Shown one piece after another: positions 15,607-26,527 of a stretch of 40,026 nt of DNA. The DNA lies in NCBI GenBank assembly GCA_017881505.1, contig JADGQW010000003.1, forward strand, positions 1 to 40,026, given 5' to 3'. Numbering within the stretch: the stretch's first letter is position 1; the number at the start of each line of letters is the position of its first letter. The DNA is from Gemmatimonadales bacterium (GTDB taxonomy: Bacteria; Gemmatimonadota; Gemmatimonadetes; Gemmatimonadales; JACORV01). The translations under genes were made by a program, and so were the position numbers. Under the pieces are notes generated by a model, which was not told the DNA's origin, did not search any database, and saw only the letters and a program-made list of their open reading frames with translations.

Positions 15607-17538
15607 ATGACGATCGGCGCCGGCGACGGAGGCCTGCAGGCACGCCTGGCGGCGACGCTCGGTGACGCCTACACGATCGAGGGCGAGATCGGGCGCGGCG
15701 GGATGGGCGTCGTCTACAAGGCCCGTGACGAGCGGCTCAAGCGCTCCGTCGCGATCAAGGTCCTGCCGCCGGAGCTCGCCTACCGCTCCGACATCCGCGC
15801 GCGGTTCATGCGCGAAGCGGAGACGGCGGCGCGCATCTCCCACCCCAACGTGGTCCCCATCCACAGCGTCGGCGAAGCCGACGACTTCGTCTATTTCGTG
15901 ATGGGCTACGTGGACGGCGAGTCGCTGGCGCTGCGGCTGAAGCGCCGGGGGCGGCTCTCCATCGACGAGTCGCGCCGCATCTGCCGGGAGACCGCCGACG
16001 CGCTCGCCGCCGCCCACCAGCAGGGGGTGATCCACCGCGACGTGAAGCCCGACAACATCCTCCTCGAGGGGACGCGCGGCCGGGTGATGGTGACGGACTT
16101 CGGGATCGCGAAGGCGCTGACGGCGAGCGGGGGCACACTCACCGAAGCAGGGATCGCGATCGGCACGCCGGCCTTCATGAGCCCCGAGCAGGCGGCGGGG
16201 GAGCGGGAGATCGACGGCCGGTCCGACATCTACTCCCTCGGCGTGGTCGCCTATCAGATGGTCACCGGGGAGCTGCCGTTCCAGGCGCCGACGGTGCCGG
16301 GCCTGCTGATGAAGCAGATCTCGGAGGAGCCGACGCCGGTGGAACTGATGCGCCCGGACATCCCCCGGGAGCTGGGGCAGACCGTGATGCGCTGCCTGGA
16401 AAAGGACCCGGAGCGCCGCTGGCCGACGGCCGACGCCTTGCGCCGGGCGCTGGAGTCGGGGACCTACACCCCGCCGCCGCCGCGCGCGACGGAGCTCCCG
16501 CGCTCCGCCACGGCCCGCGGCGCGCTCCCCCGGGAGGACGCCGGCCGAGGGCGCGCGTCCTCGCGCACCGGCCGATCGGTGGCCGGCCTCGTTGTCGGCG
16601 CCGACGTGCTCGGCGGCCGGTCGGGGCGGCGCGCGGAGCGGGCCGCGCTGCGCGCCGCCCGCCACGGCATCGACAAGAAGCGCCTCGAGGAAGAGGAGAT
16701 CGCGGCGCAGGCCAAGGCCTCCGGCGAACCGCTGATGGTCGTGCGGTTCCGGCGGAAGCTGGCCAGTTTCGCGTCGGTGAACGGCATGCTGATCCTGATC
16801 AACCTCGCGACCAACGGGTTCCACAACCCGTGGTTCATGCCCATCACGGCAATCTGGGGGTTCTTCGTCGCGCGGGACTACGCCCGGCTGTGGTCGGCGG
16901 GGTACTCGTGGAAGGACGTGATCTACCGCCCGCCGGCGCCGGACGCGATCGAGTCAAAGGAGCGCGGTGCCGCCGGGCTGTTGCGCGGCTCACCGGCGGA
17001 CTTCGGCAAGCGGGCCCCGGCGATCGAGCAGGCGCGCAAGGACCGAACGGCGATCATCGCGATGCTGGAACGGATGTCGAAGTCCGAGCGGAAGATGCTC
17101 CCCGACGTGGTGCCGACGGTGGACCAACTGCTCGAGCGAGCCATCGACCTCGCCCGCACGCTGAGCATCCTCGACCGCGACATCGACGTGGAGACGGTGG
17201 ACAAGCTGGACGCGCGGATCGCGGCCCTGCAGCAGGAGGCGGAGTCGAGCGATCGCGAGCGGCGGATCAGCCTGCTCGAGCGGCAGCGCCAGACCGTCGG
17301 CGAGCTGAGCCGGCGGCGCGAGGTGCTCGCGTCCCAATTCGAGTCGTGCATGCTGGCGATGCAGAACGTGCGGTTCGACCTGCTGCGCCTGCGGTCCGCT
17401 GGCGTCGGCGAGGCGCTGGGCGACCTCACGATGGCCACGCAACAGGCCCGCGCCCTCTCCCTCGACGTGGACGCCGCGATCGGCGCCGCGAGCGAGATCC
17501 GGCACCTCACCCGGGACACCCCGCCCACGCCGTCCTGA
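15607..17538 (+). CDS. Hanks-type Ser/Thr protein kinase with 2TM-like membrane hairpin and C-terminal coiled coil
   Basis: GRGGMG, VAIK, HRDVKPDN, DFGIAK, GTPAFMSPE, DIYSLG. VNGMLILIN..PWF..WG resembles the 2TM domain. Heptad-rich C-terminus. Confidence 0.92.
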   Translation: MTIGAGDGGLQARLAATLGDAYTIEGEIGRGGMGVVYKARDERLKRSVAIKVLPPELAYRSDIRARFMREAETAARISHPNVVPIHSVGEADDFVYFVMGYVDGESLALRLKRRGRLSIDESRRICRETADALAAAHQQGVIHRDVKPDNILLEGTRGRVMVTDFGIAKALTASGGTLTEAGIAIGTPAFMSPEQAAGEREIDGRSDIYSLGVVAYQMVTGELPFQAPTVPGLLMKQISEEPTPVELMRPDIPRELGQTVMRCLEKDPERRWPTADALRRALESGTYTPPPPRATELPRSATARGALPREDAGRGRASSRTGRSVAGLVVGADVLGGRSGRRAERAALRAARHGIDKKRLEEEEIAAQAKASGEPLMVVRFRRKLASFASVNGMLILINLATNGFHNPWFMPITAIWGFFVARDYARLWSAGYSWKDVIYRPPAPDAIESKERGAAGLLRGSPADFGKRAPAIEQARKDRTAIIAMLERMSKSERKMLPDVVPTVDQLLERAIDLARTLSILDRDIDVETVDKLDARIAALQQEAESSDRERRISLLERQRQTVGELSRRREVLASQFESCMLAMQNVRFDLLRLRSAGVGEALGDLTMATQQARALSLDVDAAIGAASEIRHLTRDTPPTPS

Positions 17539-17557
17539 CGGCGCCCCAGCCCCACCG

Positions 17558-20500
17558 CTAGTTCGAGGACACCTCCACGCAGGGACGGAGGAGCGCGATC
17601 ATCTCGCGCTCCCGCCATCCGAAGCGCGTCAGCTGTTCGGCGAACGCCGCCGCCCGACGGCAGCCCGCCGGGCCGCCGCGCGCGTACACCTGCGCGCCGC
17701 CGAAGAACGCCAGGTCCCACGAGGGACGGGACGCCGCGGCGTAGTCGAAGAGGGGGCCCGCCACGTCGGGGCCGGCCCGGCCCGCCAAGGTGCGGAGGAC
17801 GGGGTCGATCGCGCCGGGGACGGGCGTCGCGATGGTCGGCCGCAGGCCGCGGAGGGCCCGGAGGGTCTCCGTGACCGCCGTGGAGTCGTCGTGGTCGCGC
17901 ACCGCGATGTCGCCGAGGAAGGCCGCGACGAGGACGCTGTCCCCGCCCCCGGCCGCCCGCGCGCGCTGGAGGAAGGTGCGTGCTTCGTGGAACTCCGAGA
18001 GCGCGTACCGCGCCATCCCCGCCCCGATCAGCGCCGCGGCGTCGCGCGGCCGCTGCGCGACGGCGCGGTCGTACGCGGCGATAGCGCCGCGGAAATCGCG
18101 CCGGTCCGTCAGCACGTGGCCCAACTCCATCGCCCTGTCGGCGTCGCGCGGCGAGCCGTCGGACAGCCGCTGAACCAGCGTCAGCGCGAGCGGGGTCCAG
18201 GAGGGGAGCGCGTGCCCGTACGCCGCATCCACCGTCTCCGTGGTCGCCGGCCACTCGGCGCCGTCGGGCACCCGCTCGCCGAGGGCCTCCTTGATCGCCA
18301 GCAGCGAATCGAACACGAGGCTCTGCGACCCGACGAGCAGCGACCGCGCCGCCACGAACTCGAGGGCCGGCCGGTCGTCGCTGTGGACGAAGGGCGCGCC
18401 GGCGGCGAGCGCCGCGGACCCCTTCTCCCCCAGGAGGTAGTGGCCGAGCCACTGGTCGGCGCGATCCATCTGCAGCCAGTCGCGCATCGCGGCGCCCGTC
18501 GGTCCGCCCGCGGCGAACGCCCGGGCCACCCGCTCGCGGTCCCAGCGGATCGGCTGGCGCGAGGCGAGGATGATCAGGTCGGACGGGTTGGAGTACCAGA
18601 TCTGGACGTGGGGGAACACCGCCCGGACGTTGCGCACCACCACGGCCACGAGCCCGACGGGCACCTTGTAGGTCTGCAGCCACTGCGCGAGGATGCCGTC
18701 GGGGCGCAGGCGCGCCGCCGCGATGCGGAAGTAGTCGGCCGTGAAGAGGGAGGCGACCCCGGCGATCCACGGATTCGACGGCTCCGAGGCGATGACGTCG
18801 TACGGCTCGCGCGCCAGCTGCAGCGCGCTTCGCGCGTCGTCCTCGATGATGTGCACCTTGGGGTCGTGGAGTACATCGTGATTCACATCCGCGAAGAACC
18901 GGCTCGCCCGCAGCACCGCCCCTTCGATCTCCGCCACATCCACGCGCTCGACGCCCGGCGCGTCGGCGAGGGAGCGCACCGAGACGCCGCTCCCGAAGCC
19001 GACCACGAAGGCCCGGCGCGGGTGCGGGTGCGCGAGCGCCGGGAGCAGGCCGACGAGCACCTGCGTGTTCATGTCGCCCAGCGACGACGCGTCCGCCTTC
19101 CCGTTGGTCTTGAGCCAGGTGGAGCCGCCGTTCCGCCATACGGAGACGGCCGCGTTCCACCCCTCTTCGAAGCTCATCTGCTCCGCACCGACCCCGCGCA
19201 GGAAGCTGTCGAGCTGGTCGGCATCCATCTTCTCGCGTCCGTAGATGGTCGGGCCGCGGTCGAGGACGCGCGGGGACCACCCCGGCGTCGCAAGCGCGAC
19301 GACCAGCGCCAGGGCCGCGAGGAGGAGCGGGATGCGCTCGAGGGCAGGGGGCAATCCCGACCCGCCCCGCAGGCGCGCGAGCCACCAGACGATGCCCGCG
19401 GTCGCGCCCACGTTGATCAGCACGCCGAGGACGAGGGTGCGCTCGCTCCCGAGGGTATGGATGAGGATGAAGCCGGTGAGCGCCGACCCGAGGATGCTGC
19501 CCAGCGTGTTCGCGAAGTACGCCCGGCCCGCCTCCGCGCCGGCGCCCGACCCGCGGCGTGCCGCGAGTTCGGCGAGGAGCGGGAAGGAGATGCCCATGCC
19601 GACCGCGGCGGGCAGCACGACCGCGCCCGCGGCGAGGGCGTGGAGGGTGAGCAGGTCCGGCGCGCTCAGGAATCCCACCTGCATCGTCGCGACGATGTAG
19701 GTCGGCAGTCCGCGGAAGAAGGGAAAGAGGAGCGAGGCGAACACGGCGATCCCCGCCTGCGCGAACGCCGCCCCCAGCAGCAGCTCCCGTGGGGGGCGGC
19801 CGCGCCCCGTGGCGAGGAGGCTGCCGAGGCCGATCCCCGCGAGGAACGCCACGAGGATCGTCGTGAAGGCATAGGTCGAGCTGCCGAGGACCAGCACCAG
19901 GACCCGCGTCCAGCCGATCTCGTAGAGGAGCGAGGCGAAGGCGGTCACGCCGATCAGCCAGATCGCGAGCCGGCGGGTGCGCTCGTCGGCCGGTTCGGCG
20001 TCCGCCGCCCCCGGCTCCTCCCCAGCGGACTCCGCCTGCGCCGGCGCCTCCGAGGGGGCGCGCCCGGCGAAGAGCAGTGCGGCACCCCCGAGCAGGAGGT
20101 TGACGATCCCGACGGCGAGCAGCGTGCCGCGCAGCCCCACGGCCTCGATGAGGACGTACCCCGCCAGGGCGCAGCCGGCCATCCCGCCGAGGGTGTTGAT
20201 CCCGTAGAAGAGCGCGAGCTGGTTGCGGTATTGGCCGAGCCGGGTCCCCGCGAAAGCGCGCGTGAGGACCGGCAGCGTCCCGCCCATCAGGAACGTCGGG
20301 ATGAGCAGCACGGTGAACGCGAAGAGGAACTTGATCCCTGCGGCGGACCACACGCCCGGGGCGACCACGCGCGCGAGGGCCAGGTACGCGGCGCCGACGC
20401 CGTCGAGGATCCACGCCGAAGCGAGGCCGAAGACGCCGATGGCGATCTCGAGGAGGCCGTAGAAGCGCGCGGGGTCCCTCCGCCGGTCGGCGAGGCGGCC

Positions 20501-20692
20501 GAGGAGGTACGCGCCGAGCCCGAGCCCGCCCATGTACGCGGCGACGACCGTCGTGATCGAGTGGATGGTGGAGCCGAAGAACAGATAGAGATCCCTCGTC
20601 CAGACCAGCTCGTAGACCAAGCCGGTGGCGCCGGAGACGAGGAAGAGCAGCCCGAAGAGTGCGCGCCGCTGCGCCGCGGCGCCGTCGTTCAG
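17558..20692 (-). CDS. Fused multi-TM / spermidine-synthase-like SAM-binding domain / TPR protein
   Basis: Two MFS-like halves ([14 protein letters not shown] and [13 protein letters not shown]); SAM-fold motifs [25 protein letters not shown]; TPR-like C-terminus. Start inferred at CTG 20692; the first canonical start, TTG 20620, truncates TM1. Confidence 0.85.
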   Translation of the reverse strand: MNDGAAAQRRALFGLLFLVSGATGLVYELVWTRDLYLFFGSTIHSITTVVAAYMGGLGLGAYLLGRLADRRRDPARFYGLLEIAIGVFGLASAWILDGVGAAYLALARVVAPGVWSAAGIKFLFAFTVLLIPTFLMGGTLPVLTRAFAGTRLGQYRNQLALFYGINTLGGMAGCALAGYVLIEAVGLRGTLLAVGIVNLLLGGAALLFAGRAPSEAPAQAESAGEEPGAADAEPADERTRRLAIWLIGVTAFASLLYEIGWTRVLVLVLGSSTYAFTTILVAFLAGIGLGSLLATGRGRPPRELLLGAAFAQAGIAVFASLLFPFFRGLPTYIVATMQVGFLSAPDLLTLHALAAGAVVLPAAVGMGISFPLLAELAARRGSGAGAEAGRAYFANTLGSILGSALTGFILIHTLGSERTLVLGVLINVGATAGIVWWLARLRGGSGLPPALERIPLLLAALALVVALATPGWSPRVLDRGPTIYGREKMDADQLDSFLRGVGAEQMSFEEGWNAAVSVWRNGGSTWLKTNGKADASSLGDMNTQVLVGLLPALAHPHPRRAFVVGFGSGVSVRSLADAPGVERVDVAEIEGAVLRASRFFADVNHDVLHDPKVHIIEDDARSALQLAREPYDVIASEPSNPWIAGVASLFTADYFRIAAARLRPDGILAQWLQTYKVPVGLVAVVVRNVRAVFPHVQIWYSNPSDLIILASRQPIRWDRERVARAFAAGGPTGAAMRDWLQMDRADQWLGHYLLGEKGSAALAAGAPFVHSDDRPALEFVAARSLLVGSQSLVFDSLLAIKEALGERVPDGAEWPATTETVDAAYGHALPSWTPLALTLVQRLSDGSPRDADRAMELGHVLTDRRDFRGAIAAYDRAVAQRPRDAAALIGAGMARYALSEFHEARTFLQRARAAGGGDSVLVAAFLGDIAVRDHDDSTAVTETLRALRGLRPTIATPVPGAIDPVLRTLAGRAGPDVAGPLFDYAAASRPSWDLAFFGGAQVYARGGPAGCRRAAAFAEQLTRFGWREREMIALLRPCVEVSSN

Positions 20693-22812
20693 AATGCGGC
20701 CAGCTCCCTAATCGCGGCCGCGATGTCGGCGACCTGCGGAAGGATGTGGTCCTCGAGGTCCGGGGCGTAGGCCACGAAGGTGTCGAGGGACGCGAGGCGG
20801 CGGACGGGCGCATCCAGCCAGGCGAAGTGGTCGCTGCCGATGCGCGCGGCGATCTCCGCGCCGTACCCCCACGACAGGGCGTCCTCCGTCGCCACGAGGA
20901 CGCGGCTGGTCCGGCGCACGGAGGCGCCCACCATCTCCCAATCCACTGGGGAGAGGGACCGCAGGTCGATGACCTCGGCGTCGAGGCCGGACGTCTCCGC
21001 GAGCTCGTTCGCGGCGGTCACGGAGCGCTGCACCAAGGCCCCGTACGTCACCACCGTGAGGTCGGCGCCCGGGCGCACCACCTTCGCCTTGCCCAGCGGG
21101 ATGCTGAACTCGGGGCCCGGATACTTCGCCTTGTTGTACGTCTGGCGGTACAGGTGCTTGTGCTCCAGGAACAGGACGGGGTCGTCGGCGCGGATCGCGG
21201 TGCGCAGCAGGCCGTTGGCGTCGAGCGCCGTGGACGGGCACACCACGCGCAGTCCCGGCGTGTGGGCGAAGATGGACGCCCCCGTCTGGGAGTGGTACGG
21301 CGCGCCGCCCTTGAGGTACCCGCCGTACGCCACCCGCATCACCACCGGGGCGCTGAAGGCGTTGTTCGAGCGCCAGCGCATCACCGCGAGCTCGTCGCGG
21401 ATCTGCATGAACGCGGGCCAGATGTAGTCGAAGAACTGGATCTCGACGACGGGCCTGAAGCCGCGCGTGGCGAGCCCCACGGCGCGCCCGATGATGTTGG
21501 CCTCGGCGAGGGGCGAGTTGTAGACGCGGTCTCCGCCGAACCGCTTCTGGAGGCCCCACGTCACCTTGAACACCCCGCCCTTGCCCTTCAGCTTGCCGAG
21601 GTACTCCTCCCGCGAGACGTCCGCGACGTCCTCGCCGAACACCACGATCCGCGGGTCCCGCTCCATCTCATCGCGCAGGCAGGCGTTGAGGAGATCCACC
21701 ATCGTCGTGGGGTCGCCCGAGGACTGTGGCGCGTCCTCCGTATCGAAGGCCGCCGCGGTGGGATCCACATCCGGCGAGTACACGAACCGGAGGGCCGTTT
21801 CCGGGGCCGGCTGCGGTGCCACGAGCGCCGCATCGGCCGCGGCCGTCACCTCGGCATCCACCTCCGCCGCCAGGGCGTCGAGGTCCTGCCGCGTGGCGAG
21901 CCCCTCGTCAACGAGGCGCGCCGCGAGGCGCTTGATCGGGTCACGGAGGGCGTCGGCGTCCCGCTCCCCAGCGGGCCGATACATCACCTCGTCGTCGGAA
22001 AGGGAATGGGAATACGGCCGGATGACGTGCGCGTGGACCAGCGCCGGTCCGCGCCGCGCGCGACAGTGCGCCACGGCCCGGGCGAGGACGTCGTACGCGG
22101 CCTCGTAGTCGCACCCGTCCACGTCCTCGACGAGGAGGTCGGGGAATGGCGATACGAGCTGGGAGATGGACCGTCCCGCCGTCTGGACCTCGATGGGGGT
22201 CGAGATGGCGTAGCCGTTGTCCTCGACGAGGAAGAGCACCGGCAGCTTGAGGTTGGACGCGGTGTTCAGCGCCTCCCAGAACTCCCCCTGGCTCGTCGTC
22301 CCGTCACCCAGCGAGCAGTACACGACCTCGTCGGCGTATACCGGGCCGACCCGCTCGCGCGCAGCCGGGACGCGGTCCCAGCGCAGCCACGCCTCGGCGC
22401 AGCCGACCGCCTGGAGGCACTGGGTGCCCGTGGGGCTCGACTGGCTCACGATGTTGAGGCGCTTGTGCCCCCAGTGGGAGGGCATCTGCCGGCCGCCCGA
22501 GTTCGGGTCCGCCTCGGCGCCGACCGCCGACAGGAACATCTCCGCCGGCGTCATGCCGAGGGCGAGGCAGAGGGCGCGGTCGCGGTAGTAGGGGTAGAAC
22601 CAGTCGTAGCCGGCCTTGAGGCACGCGCCGGCGGCCGCGAGGACGGCCTCGTGCCCGGCGCCCGAGATCTGGAAGAAGATCCGGTTCTGCCGCTTGAGCT
22701 GGATCTCCTTGTCGTCGATCCGGCGCGACAGGAGCATCAGGCGGTAGGCGGCGAGCAGCTCCGCGCGCTGGAGGCGCAGCGTGCGCTCACCCGACTTCGT
22801 CCTCGTGGCCAT
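20689..22812 (-). CDS. Fused E1 alpha/beta subunit of 2-oxoacid dehydrogenase (branched-chain type likely)
   Basis: GAGHEA, YPYYRD, MPSHW, TPP motif [22 protein letters not shown]; beta part [28 protein letters not shown]. Confidence 0.93.
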   Translation of the reverse strand: MATRTKSGERTLRLQRAELLAAYRLMLLSRRIDDKEIQLKRQNRIFFQISGAGHEAVLAAAGACLKAGYDWFYPYYRDRALCLALGMTPAEMFLSAVGAEADPNSGGRQMPSHWGHKRLNIVSQSSPTGTQCLQAVGCAEAWLRWDRVPAARERVGPVYADEVVYCSLGDGTTSQGEFWEALNTASNLKLPVLFLVEDNGYAISTPIEVQTAGRSISQLVSPFPDLLVEDVDGCDYEAAYDVLARAVAHCRARRGPALVHAHVIRPYSHSLSDDEVMYRPAGERDADALRDPIKRLAARLVDEGLATRQDLDALAAEVDAEVTAAADAALVAPQPAPETALRFVYSPDVDPTAAAFDTEDAPQSSGDPTTMVDLLNACLRDEMERDPRIVVFGEDVADVSREEYLGKLKGKGGVFKVTWGLQKRFGGDRVYNSPLAEANIIGRAVGLATRGFRPVVEIQFFDYIWPAFMQIRDELAVMRWRSNNAFSAPVVMRVAYGGYLKGGAPYHSQTGASIFAHTPGLRVVCPSTALDANGLLRTAIRADDPVLFLEHKHLYRQTYNKAKYPGPEFSIPLGKAKVVRPGADLTVVTYGALVQRSVTAANELAETSGLDAEVIDLRSLSPVDWEMVGASVRRTSRVLVATEDALSWGYGAEIAARIGSDHFAWLDAPVRRLASLDTFVAYAPDLEDHILPQVADIAAAIRELAAF

Positions 22813-22844
22813 AGCCGAGCAAAATACCCGGGACTATCCGGGAA

Positions 22845-24506
22845 TCAACGGCGGCCGTGGACGATGCGGCCTCCAGCGATGGTGGACACCACTTTCACCA
22901 CGTTGAGACTGTCTGCCGGCGTACCGAACAGGTCGTGGTCGAGGAGCGTGACGTCGGCGAGCATCCCGGGGCGCAGGACGCCGGTCCTTCCCTCCATGAA
23001 TCCCGCGAACGCGACGCTGGAGGTGTACGCCCGGAGCGCCTGCTCGAGGGTGATCTTCTCGTCGGGGAACCACCCGCCGGGGTTCTTCCCGTCGAGCGTC
23101 CGCCGGGTGACGGCGGCGTAGATGCCGAGCATCGGCGAGAGGGGCGCGACGGTCCAGTCGCTGCCGAAAGCGAGGGGGGCGCCGGTGGCGAGGAGGCTCT
23201 TGAAGGCGTAGGTGCCGCGGAGCCGGAGGGTGTCGAGGCGCTTCCACGCCCACCGGCCGTCGTCGATGGCGTGATAGGGCTGCATCGAGGGGATCACGCC
23301 CATCTGCGCGAAGCGTGGGATGTCCGCCTGCCGGAGATGCTGCGCGTGCTCGATCCGGAAGCGGCGTTCCCGGGGTCCGTGGAGGCGGGCGGCCTCGGCG
23401 TAGAAGTCGAGGAGCATCGCGTCGGCGCGGTCGCCGATGGCGTGGACCGCCACCTGGAGGCCGGCGCTGTCCGCCGAGAGGATCCAGCCGCGCATCGTGG
23501 CGGAATCCGTGACCAGCATGCCCCGGCTGGTGGGCGCGTCGCGGTAGGGGGCGAAGAAGGCTGCGGTGGTCGAGCCGAGGGACCCGTCCATGAAGCCCTT
23601 CAGGCCACCCCAGCGGAGCCAATCGTCGCCGCGGCCGTCGGCGCGCACGGAGTCGGCGAGCATGCGCCACGTGGCCAGCGGCACGAAGTCGTAGATGCGG
23701 GCGGTGAGGGCGTCGCGGGCCCGGGCGCGCTTCAGCGCCGCGAGGTCGCTCCAGCCCGACGACATGACGTGCACCGTCGTCAGGCCCATCTCCGCGGCGT
23801 GACGCAGGGCAGCCGCGAGAGCGCTGTCGATCTCCACAGGCGTCCGGTCGGGGATGGCGCGCCAGACCGCGTCGCCGGCGTTGTCCTTGAGGACCCCGGT
23901 CGGCTCGCCGGTCGCCGAGTCCCGCACGATCACGCCCCCCTCGGGGGCGCGGGACGCGCGCGTGACGTGCGCGAGGCGGAGCGCCACGCTGTTGGCGACG
24001 CCCATGTGGCCGTCGAGCCGGCTCACGAACACCGGGTTGTGCGGCGTCACCGAGTCGATCCACTCCTTGCGGGGGAGCGGGGCGCCGGGCCAGCGCTCGT
24101 GGTCCCAGTCCCCACCGAGGATCCAGCGGCCGCTCGGCTGGGTCTTCGCGAACGCGGCGATGCGGCGGACGAACTCGTCCGGGGTGTCGGCGTCGCGCAG
24201 GTCCACCGCGGTGAGCTGGAAGCCGCCATCGATGAAGTGCGTGTGCGCGTCGCCGAAGCCGGGCACCACGCTGTGGTCGCCGTTGTCGAGCACGTGCGTG
24301 CGGGGGCCGCGGAATCGGGCGATGTCCCGTTCCGAGCCCACGGCGACGATAGTGCCGCCGCGGATGGCGACGCCGCGCGCCCAGGGCCGCGTGGTGTCCC
24401 CTGTCCAGACGCGTCCGTAGACGATGAGGTCCACCGGCCGTTCGGGGGACCGGCGGCAGGCGGGGAGGAGGCTCACCGCGGCGAGCACGAGGAGGGACCG
24501 ACGCAT
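22845..24506 (-). CDS. Amidohydrolase family 3 (YtcJ-like), probable lipoprotein
   Basis: Lipobox-like MRRSLLVLAAVSLLPAC; DAHTH, DGSLGSTTA, HAIGD, RIEHAQ, FGSDW. Confidence 0.9.
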   Translation of the reverse strand: MRRSLLVLAAVSLLPACRRSPERPVDLIVYGRVWTGDTTRPWARGVAIRGGTIVAVGSERDIARFRGPRTHVLDNGDHSVVPGFGDAHTHFIDGGFQLTAVDLRDADTPDEFVRRIAAFAKTQPSGRWILGGDWDHERWPGAPLPRKEWIDSVTPHNPVFVSRLDGHMGVANSVALRLAHVTRASRAPEGGVIVRDSATGEPTGVLKDNAGDAVWRAIPDRTPVEIDSALAAALRHAAEMGLTTVHVMSSGWSDLAALKRARARDALTARIYDFVPLATWRMLADSVRADGRGDDWLRWGGLKGFMDGSLGSTTAAFFAPYRDAPTSRGMLVTDSATMRGWILSADSAGLQVAVHAIGDRADAMLLDFYAEAARLHGPRERRFRIEHAQHLRQADIPRFAQMGVIPSMQPYHAIDDGRWAWKRLDTLRLRGTYAFKSLLATGAPLAFGSDWTVAPLSPMLGIYAAVTRRTLDGKNPGGWFPDEKITLEQALRAYTSSVAFAGFMEGRTGVLRPGMLADVTLLDHDLFGTPADSLNVVKVVSTIAGGRIVHGRR

Positions 24507-24596
24507 CGGGATACCGAATCCTTTCGAGCCGCACGCCTCGCGCGGCCGGGGGACCATCGCTACTTTTTCGAACATCCTTCCGCTTCGAGCGACGAC

Positions 24597-25079
24597 GTGA
24601 ACGAGGCCGACCGGCGGACCGTGCTCCGCCTCTTCCCCTATGGGTTGTACGCCGTGACGGTGCGCAGCGGCGACCAGGACCACGGCATCACCGCCGCCTG
24701 GGTGATGCAGGCGTCCTTCGCCCCGGCGATGGTCGTGGCCTCCGTCGAGAGCGAGTCGCGCGCGCTGCCCATGATCCGCGATGCGAAGGCCTTCGCGCTC
24801 AACGTGCTCGCCACCGAGCAGCGCGACCTCGCCGCGCGCCTCGGAGGTGCGTCGCCCGGCGGGGCGCCCGCCAAGCTCACCGGGACGCCCGCCAAGGCCG
24901 GCCCCGTCACCGGGGCGCCGGTGTTGACGCAAGCGCTGGGCTGGCTGGAGTGTCGGCTCGTCGCCACCATGCCGGCGGGCGACCATACGCTGGTGCTCGG
25001 GGAAGTCGTCGAAGCGGGCGCCGAACGTGAGGGCACAGCCCTGACCTTGGCGGAGACGGGGATGAAGTACTCTGGCTAG
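24597..25079 (+). CDS. Flavin reductase family protein (FMN-binding split barrel)
   Basis: LRLFPYGLYAVT, WVMQASFAP, FALNVL, GAPVL, LECR, GDHTLVLGEV; GTG start at 24597. Confidence 0.9.
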   Translation: MNEADRRTVLRLFPYGLYAVTVRSGDQDHGITAAWVMQASFAPAMVVASVESESRALPMIRDAKAFALNVLATEQRDLAARLGGASPGGAPAKLTGTPAKAGPVTGAPVLTQALGWLECRLVATMPAGDHTLVLGEVVEAGAEREGTALTLAETGMKYSG

Positions 25080-26517
25080 ACCGACCGCTGTCAAGCTCGT
25101 GGCCGCCGTGGCGCTGGGCGCTGCGGCCCTGGCCGGGCCCCTCGCCGCGCAGACGCCGGCGGACACCCTCATCTACAACCTCGCCGTGACGGGCTCGGGG
25201 ACGCGCCTCTCCGTCGAGGCACGGATGATCGCTGGGGAGGGGACGAGCGTGTTCCTCGCGTCGCCACCCGCGGGCGCCGGGACGAGCGTCACGGCCTTCG
25301 GCGCGAGCGACGACCGCGGCGCCCCACTGCTCGTCCAGCGCACCGGGAGCGGCTACGTCATCGCCCGCAGCCGGCCCGGTCCCGTCCGCTTCCGCTACCA
25401 GCTCTCCTTCACCGACTCGGTCGCGGCCGGCTCGACCGCGGCCGGCCTCGACAGCGTGCGGCTCTACGCCGTCACGCGCAGTCTCTTCGTCGCGCCCGAT
25501 CCGGTCCTGTACCGCAAGATGGGGCATCCCTATCCGGTGGTGCGGCTCCAGTTCCTCCTGCCACCCCGCTGGCGCCTGGTCGCGAGCTGGGACAGCCTCG
25601 GGCCGGTGTTGGCGCCGCGTTCCGGCGACGACCTGCTGGGTGGGGCCGTCGCCGCAGCGGCCGATTACCGCCTCTACGACGGCAGCACCGGCGGCGCGGC
25701 GTTCACCGTGGCGGTGCGGGGCACCCGCGCCTTCACCGATTCCGCCCTGGTGGACCTCGTCTCGGCGAGCCTCCGCCTCGGCGCCGAGGCCTTCGGGGCG
25801 GTGCCGGTCCCGCGCGTCACCTACATCAGCGACACGGGGCGGAAGGGGCGCACGAGCGGGAGCCTGCAGGGGACGTCGGCCGTCGGCCTCCTCTGGGAGC
25901 CGGGGGAGATGCTCGAGCGCGCCCGCAGTCACGACACCTTCCACGAGACCCTGCACCTGTGGTTCGGCGGCGCGATGGAAGCGGAGCGGTGGTGGACGGA
26001 GGGCGTCACGGACTATTTCGCCGCGCGGCTCTACGCGGCGTGGCGCGGCGATCCCCGGGAGCTGGCGGCCCTCTGCTACGAATCGCTGCGGAACTACGAC
26101 CGCATCCCCCACCGCCGCACGACGACCATGACGCAGGAGGCGCACTCCCTCCCCGGCGGCGACAACACGATCCGGCTCGTCTACCGGAAGGGGATGCTGG
26201 CGGGCCTCCTGCTCGACGCCGCCATCCGCCGGGGCTCGCACGAGCGAGCCACGCTCGACGACGTCGCCCGCCGCCTCCTCGCGGCGGCACGGACACACCG
26301 CTCCAAGACGATCCCGGAATCGGAGATCGGGGAGGCCGTCGCCGAGGCGGGGGGCTCCACGGCCGCCCACGAGTGGACCCGCGTCGTGACCGGCACCGAA
26401 GAGATCACCGAAGCGCAGGTCGCCGCCGCGCTCCGGACCGTCACCGGCGTGGAGCTGCCCCCGCCGCCGCCCCGCCCCGCCAACCCGAAGACGCTTTCGA
26501 AGCCGCCGTCACCGTGA
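25072..26517 (+). CDS. Secreted gluzincin metallopeptidase, M61 glycyl-aminopeptidase-like
   Basis: HETLHLW (HExxH), WWTEGVTDY (third ligand Glu), VYRKG..LLD. Start is either GTG 25099 or CTG 25072; the latter completes the signal peptide. Confidence 0.8.
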   Translation: MARPTAVKLVAAVALGAAALAGPLAAQTPADTLIYNLAVTGSGTRLSVEARMIAGEGTSVFLASPPAGAGTSVTAFGASDDRGAPLLVQRTGSGYVIARSRPGPVRFRYQLSFTDSVAAGSTAAGLDSVRLYAVTRSLFVAPDPVLYRKMGHPYPVVRLQFLLPPRWRLVASWDSLGPVLAPRSGDDLLGGAVAAAADYRLYDGSTGGAAFTVAVRGTRAFTDSALVDLVSASLRLGAEAFGAVPVPRVTYISDTGRKGRTSGSLQGTSAVGLLWEPGEMLERARSHDTFHETLHLWFGGAMEAERWWTEGVTDYFAARLYAAWRGDPRELAALCYESLRNYDRIPHRRTTTMTQEAHSLPGGDNTIRLVYRKGMLAGLLLDAAIRRGSHERATLDDVARRLLAAARTHRSKTIPESEIGEAVAEAGGSTAAHEWTRVVTGTEEITEAQVAAALRTVTGVELPPPPPRPANPKTLSKPPSP

Positions 26518-26527
26518 GGATGCCGCG

